Shown here: in pieces, positions 56,559 through 64,000 of the stretch
Layout of the letters: each line of letters opens with the position of its first letter
Position numbering within the stretch: position 1 is the stretch's first letter
DNA from: Bacillota bacterium
Lineage (GTDB): Bacteria > Bacillota > UBA994 > UBA5500
Direction of reading: 5' to 3'
DNA: 64,000 nt
Assembly (NCBI GenBank): GCA_023436245.1
Contig: JAEZJZ010000020.1
Location: 29,433 to 93,432, forward strand
Notes under the pieces: generated by a model
Told to the model about the DNA's origin: nothing
Database searches by the model: none
What the model saw: only the letters and a program-made list of their open reading frames with translations
Translations under genes and position numbers: made by a program

Positions 56559-57113
56559 TTACATGCCGAGCTCGGTGCTGATCCCTTGCATGGCGCGCAG
56601 TCCTAGGTTGATGAACTGCTCGAGAGTGAGGCCGAGCTCGCTGCAGCTCTGCAACTGCTCGCGACTGACTCCCCGGGCGAAGCTCTTCTCGCGCACACGG
56701 TTCATGATGAAGGGCACATCGATTGACCCCAACTTGCGGTCGGGATGAATCAGGGCAGCAGCCACGATCAGCCCGGAAAGTGGATCTGCAGCATAGAGCG
56801 CCTTATCCATCAGACTGATTCTCGGCAGTCCATGGGCTTCGTTATGCACCTTGATCGCGTAGACCAGATCCGGGTCAAAACCGGCGTCCTCCAGCATGGC
56901 AGCGGCCAAAATGCTATGATTGGTTGGATCGCTAGCTGTCTGGTCGTAATCCAGATCATGCAACAGCCCAGCCAACCCCCACCGCTCCACACTCTCGCCA
57001 AAGCGAGCCGCCAGGGAGCGCATGATCGCCTCCACTGCCAGCATGTGCTTGATCAGGTTCTTGTTCTTCACGTGCTTCTGTACCATCTGCAGCGCCTGTT
57101 CGCGCGTGACCAT
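56559..57113 (-). CDS. HD/HDIG-domain phosphohydrolase
   Basis: ...HMLAVEAIMRSLA...LAGLLHDLD... Confidence 0.65.
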   Translation of the reverse strand: MVTREQALQMVQKHVKNKNLIKHMLAVEAIMRSLAARFGESVERWGLAGLLHDLDYDQTASDPTNHSILAAAMLEDAGFDPDLVYAIKVHNEAHGLPRISLMDKALYAADPLSGLIVAAALIHPDRKLGSIDVPFIMNRVREKSFARGVSREQLQSCSELGLTLEQFINLGLRAMQGISTELGM

Positions 57114-57207
57114 CTATGAATCTTCCTTTCTGCCCGAATATGCGGGATATATGTTTTGTCCTCAGTTTAGCAGACTACCGCCGAGAACGCCAACAAAAGG
57201 GGCCAAG

Positions 57208-57385
57208 CGGGCGCCATGCATGGCGCCCCTACGAGAGCGTGCGCATACCCCTCTCATCCGTAGGGGGCGCATGCATGCGCCCCTGCGCCCCGTGCTTGCA
57301 CCGCATCGCATCCCATGGACAACATTTGTGCGCCAAGCGCAAGAGAGACGACAACTGTCGTCTCTCTTGCGCTAATCATGTGTCG
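57208..57385. repeat. Repeat family D, long form, with terminal hairpin GCAAGAGAGACGACAACTGTCGTCTCTCTTGC
   Basis: Colinear with 21437-21605. The terminal hairpin differs by paired substitutions that preserve base pairing. Sits between the hppA stop and the HD-gene start. Confidence 0.7.
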
Positions 57386-57412
57386 CGACTGCGACAGTTC
57401 CTTTGATGTAAT

Positions 57413-59377
<1,965 letters not shown>

Positions 59378-59509
59378 CAGAATTTTGCCTCCTAACTAAA
59401 ATGCCATGGATCTTGTTACCAGGATGAAACGTCAACACGGGCGCGTGCTGTCATTCCATGACAAAGCATACCCCGGTTATTTCCAGGGTATGCTATGAGT
59501 TCCATCTGA

Positions 59510-59746
59510 CTAGCCTTGGCGACGGGCGAGAATTGACAATAGTAGTGTAATCAGCATCCAAGCCGGAGCTATGAAAGAGGTCCACTTGGCCAACATCTCA
59601 TCGATGCCCTTTTTCTGGCCGAAGATGGTCTGAGCCCCACCGGCGATGGTGCCAAGCCCGGCTGCCTTTCCTGATTGCAGCATGATCACCGCAATTAGGC
59701 CAAGAGCGAGCAAGAACCAGATTATCTGTAACGCTAGAATCAACAA
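59510..59746 (-). CDS. secG: Preprotein translocase subunit SecG
   Basis: LLILALQIIWFLLALGLIAVIMLQSGKAAGLG. TTG start follows GGGAGGTG. Adjacent to eno, as is usual. Confidence 0.65.
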   Translation of the reverse strand: MLILALQIIWFLLALGLIAVIMLQSGKAAGLGTIAGGAQTIFGQKKGIDEMLAKWTSFIAPAWMLITLLLSILARRQG

Positions 59747-59825
59747 GTCCACCTCCCTACCCCCAAAGCTCATTATATTCTAGCATAGAGGGCAAGCACT
59801 GACAATAGAGGTCGAGCCCGACCGT

Positions 59826-61115
<1,290 letters not shown>

Positions 61116-62639
61116 CTAAGCCATCTCCCTTCGTTGGTCGATAATCAAGGATTGGCCGGTCATCGCTGCGGGTTGATCTACTTGCATCAACTGCAACACC
61201 GTCGGAGCGATGTCTGCCAAAATACCTTCTGCACGCAAACCAGTAACCCGAGGGGTTATCACCAGACACGGCACCGGGTTGGCGGTATGGGCCGTGTGCG
61301 GGGCGCCGGTGGTCAGGTCATGCATCTGTTCGGCGTTGCCGTGATCCGCCGTGAGCACGAGTGCCCCCTTTTGGCCCTCTATGGCCGCGGCCAATCTGCC
61401 CACGCAGGCATCAACCGTCTCCACGGCACAGACAGCTGCCTCCAGCATACCGGTATGGCCGACCATGTCCAGATTGGCGAAGTTGACGACAATCAGATCG
61501 TAGTTGGCCAGCCTAGGCAGCAACTCCTGCATGATCTGCTCTGCGCTCATCTCCGGGCAGAGGTCATAGGTGGCCACTTTCGGTGACGGCACCAACACCC
61601 TGTCTTCACCGGGGAAAGGTTCTTCGCGCCCGCCGTTCAGGAAGAAAGTGACGTGAGCATATTTCTCCGTCTCTGCCACTCGCAGTTGCTGCTTGCCGGC
61701 CAGACTGACCGTTTCTCCCAAGGTCCAGGCCAAATCCTGAGCCGAAATGGCAGCGGGCAACGGCCAAGCATCCTCATATTGCATCATCCCGGCCAAGTGC
61801 AAGGACGGAAAGACCTCTCGGGCAAAGCCATTGAAACCGGGATCGCCAAGCGCACGCAGCAACTCCCGAGCGCGATCAGCGCGGAAGTTCCACATGAAGA
61901 CGGCGTCGCCATCCTTGATTGTCCCCTGAGGCAGCACAACCGTCGGCGGGACAAATTCGTCAGTCTGCCCGGCTGCATAGGCTTGTTCGACAGCTGCCGC
62001 AGCCGTTGCAGCAACTTGGCCCTGTCCGAGCACGAGCGCCCGATAAGCCGTTTCCACGCGGTCCCAGCGCTTGTCCCTGTCCATGGCGAAGAAGCGACCG
62101 CTGACGGTGGCGATTTGACCCACTCCTAAGTCGACCATCATCTGCTCCAACTGGGCGATGTAAGCAAGGGCACTCTGGGGTGGCACGTCGCGACCGTCCA
62201 GAAAGGGGTGTATGTAGACCCGCTGCACGCCGGCCTCCTTAGCCAAGCGCAGGAGCGCATGCACGTGCGCAATGTGGCTGTGTACGCCGCCGTCAGACAA
62301 TAGACCCATCAGATGCAGGGCGTGCCCGCCGGCCTGACCGAGCAGGTCATGTAGCACGGTGTTCTGGCGCAAACCGTCGTCAGCGATGGCACGGTTGATG
62401 CGCACCAGCGGCTGATAGACGATGCGACCGGCGCCGATGTTCAGGTGCCCCACGTTGGAGTCGCCCATCTGGCCGGGCTGCAACCCCACCGCTTCCCCCG
62501 AGCATTGCAGTTGGCAGTGAGGCCATTTCTGGAACAGCTGCTTGAGATGGGGCGTGCTGGCCAAGCGGACCGCGTTCCCCTCCCGGGCGTCACGCAGTGC
62601 CCAGCCGTCCAAGATGCAAAGGACCACCGGCCGCTTCAT
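61116..62639 (-). CDS. gpmI: 2,3-bisphosphoglycerate-independent phosphoglycerate mutase
   Basis: MKRPVVLCILDGWA...GHLNIGAGR...ADHGNAE. Confidence 0.9.
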   Translation of the reverse strand: MKRPVVLCILDGWALRDAREGNAVRLASTPHLKQLFQKWPHCQLQCSGEAVGLQPGQMGDSNVGHLNIGAGRIVYQPLVRINRAIADDGLRQNTVLHDLLGQAGGHALHLMGLLSDGGVHSHIAHVHALLRLAKEAGVQRVYIHPFLDGRDVPPQSALAYIAQLEQMMVDLGVGQIATVSGRFFAMDRDKRWDRVETAYRALVLGQGQVAATAAAAVEQAYAAGQTDEFVPPTVVLPQGTIKDGDAVFMWNFRADRARELLRALGDPGFNGFAREVFPSLHLAGMMQYEDAWPLPAAISAQDLAWTLGETVSLAGKQQLRVAETEKYAHVTFFLNGGREEPFPGEDRVLVPSPKVATYDLCPEMSAEQIMQELLPRLANYDLIVVNFANLDMVGHTGMLEAAVCAVETVDACVGRLAAAIEGQKGALVLTADHGNAEQMHDLTTGAPHTAHTANPVPCLVITPRVTGLRAEGILADIAPTVLQLMQVDQPAAMTGQSLIIDQRREMA

Positions 62640-63397
62640 TGCTTCACTCCGTAGGTGGCGGCAATGGCCAGAAACTTGTCCGGATCAAGGGAAGCGCCGC
62701 CAACCAAGGCACCATCCACGCTTGCCTCGGTAGCCATGGCTGTCATGTTTTCCGCGTTGACACTGCCGCCATAGAGCACCCGCAGGGACTCCATGCTGCC
62801 GTCCATCAGCAGCTTCAGCTTCTGTCTGGCCGACTCGGCCACCTGAGCTGCGTCATGCGGAGTTGCCGAACGCCCGGTGCCGATCGCCCAGAGCGGCTCG
62901 TAGGCCACCACGATGCGATCAAGCTGTCCCGGACGCAAGTGTTTCAGACAAGTCAGTAACTGCTGCCCGATCACTCGATTGGTCAGGCCGAGACTGCGAT
63001 CGCTCATCGTCTCCCCGACGCAGAGAATGGGAGTCAGGCCAGCCTCCACGGCAGCCTTTACTTTCTCACTGATCGTCTCAGCCGATTCAGAGAAGAGTGT
63101 GCGCCGTTCGGAATGGCCCACAATCACATACTCACAATCCAAGGCTTGCAGCATCTCAATGGAAACCTCACCAGTGTAGGCTCCGTGCGGCTTGGGGAAG
63201 AAGTTCTGGGCGCCAAGCTTCACGCCCGTACCAGCCAAGCCGTCTCTCACCGCCTGTAACGATGGAAACGGAGGGCAGATCACCATTTGTGCTGCCAAGT
63301 CGTCGGTCAACCGCTCGCGCAGGCGCCGGCAAAAAGCCTCTGCCTGAGGAGCAGTCATGTTCATCTTCCAGTTGGCTACCACCAAGGGTTGCCTCAT
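62636..63397 (-). CDS. tpiA: Triosephosphate isomerase
   Basis: MRQPLVVANWKMN...IVGHSERR...AYEPLWAIGTG. Confidence 0.95.
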   Translation of the reverse strand: MRQPLVVANWKMNMTAPQAEAFCRRLRERLTDDLAAQMVICPPFPSLQAVRDGLAGTGVKLGAQNFFPKPHGAYTGEVSIEMLQALDCEYVIVGHSERRTLFSESAETISEKVKAAVEAGLTPILCVGETMSDRSLGLTNRVIGQQLLTCLKHLRPGQLDRIVVAYEPLWAIGTGRSATPHDAAQVAESARQKLKLLMDGSMESLRVLYGGSVNAENMTAMATEASVDGALVGGASLDPDKFLAIAATYGVKQ

Positions 63398-63408
63398 CGC
63401 TAAACCTC

Positions 63409-64000
63409 CTACGTCCGGTTTGTCAATGCTGCCACGCCCGGCAGCTCCCTACCTTCCAGGAACTCCAAACTGGCTCCGCCGCCGGTGGAGATATGAGTGA
63501 TGGCGTTGGCCAGACCCGCCTGCTCCAAGGCTGCCGCCGAGTCGCCGCCACCGACGATGCTCTCCGCCGAAGACCTGGCCAGGGCTTGCGCCAATGCCTT
63601 GGTGCCGACTGCGAAAGCCGGGCGCTCAAATACGCCCATCGGTCCATTCCAGATCACCAGCCCGGCGTTGGCCAGGACATCGCTGAAACGCTGAATCGTG
63701 GCTGGCCCAATGTCCAGGGCCATCATGTCGTCGGGAATCTGGTCGACCGCGACGACCGTGCCTGCACTGGCGTCAAGCGCTGGCGCCGCCACGACATCGG
63801 TAGGCAACAGCACCTGTACCTTGCTAATGGCCGCCTGCTCCAACAGTTGCCGTGCGAGCTCAACCCGCTCCCCTTCCACCAACGATTTCCCTAGCCGATG
63901 ACCTTGGGCGACCAGGAAAGTATTAGCCATGCCGCCTCCGATCAATAGGCTGTCCACCTTTTGCAGCAGGTTCTGCACCACGGCGATCTTGTCCGATACC
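63409..64000 (-). CDS. pgk: Phosphoglycerate kinase (C-terminal part; 5' end beyond window)
   Basis: ...LIGGGMANTF...VIWNGPMGVFE...GGGDSAAA...ISTGGGASLEFLEG. Confidence 0.9.
   Translation of the reverse strand, partial: VSDKIAVVQNLLQKVDSLLIGGGMANTFLVAQGHRLGKSLVEGERVELARQLLEQAAISKVQVLLPTDVVAAPALDASAGTVVAVDQIPDDMMALDIGPATIQRFSDVLANAGLVIWNGPMGVFERPAFAVGTKALAQALARSSAESIVGGGDSAAALEQAGLANAITHISTGGGASLEFLEGRELPGVAALTNRT

Overview
High-GC (~60%) bacterial chromosome segment with consistent strong Shine-Dalgarno sites (GGAGG-type). Secreted proteins carrying copper-amine-oxidase-N-like 'stalk' domains and SLH domains suggest a Gram-positive/Firmicutes-like or Chloroflexi-like lineage; I do not claim a species. 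Layout, left to right: (1) Housekeeping and accessory genes: a LuxR-type response regulator, a TPP enzyme, a Phd/YefM-HicA-like TA pair, the DppA peptidase, and a minus-strand cassette of LytTR response regulator, short single-TM GHKL kinase and two half-ABC exporters. (2) A long accessory stretch of acetyltransferases, peptidases, Asp racemase paralogs, cell-envelope proteins, several gene remnants and one deletion junction. (3) A four-gene minus-strand operon (32.1-40.2 kb) whose sizes, order and motifs match a Wadjet/JetABCD (TIGR02677-TIGR02680 family) SMC-like anti-plasmid system. It is followed by a ParE/Phd TA pair, a decayed MNT/HepT-like module, a low-GC alpha/beta-hydrolase fragment, an IS21-family element (istA/istB plus a Zn-ribbon accessory ORF) and a low-GC M20 amidohydrolase. 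All of this abuts the 3' end of the tmRNA gene (ssrA), the signature of a tmRNA-targeted genomic island. (4) A conserved core: smpB, ilvE, rnr, NMO, GNAT, HD, hppA, secG, eno, gpmI, tpiA, pgk. At least four families of short palindromic intergenic repeats, most centred on GCATGC, are scattered through the window. Wadjet itself is a described system. The novelty lies in its island context, the unusual TA architectures (a Phd-like domain fused to a Uma2 nuclease; a Phd-like antitoxin paired with a HicA-like toxin) and the repeat families. All functional calls rest on motif recognition by eye and need HMM/BLAST confirmation.
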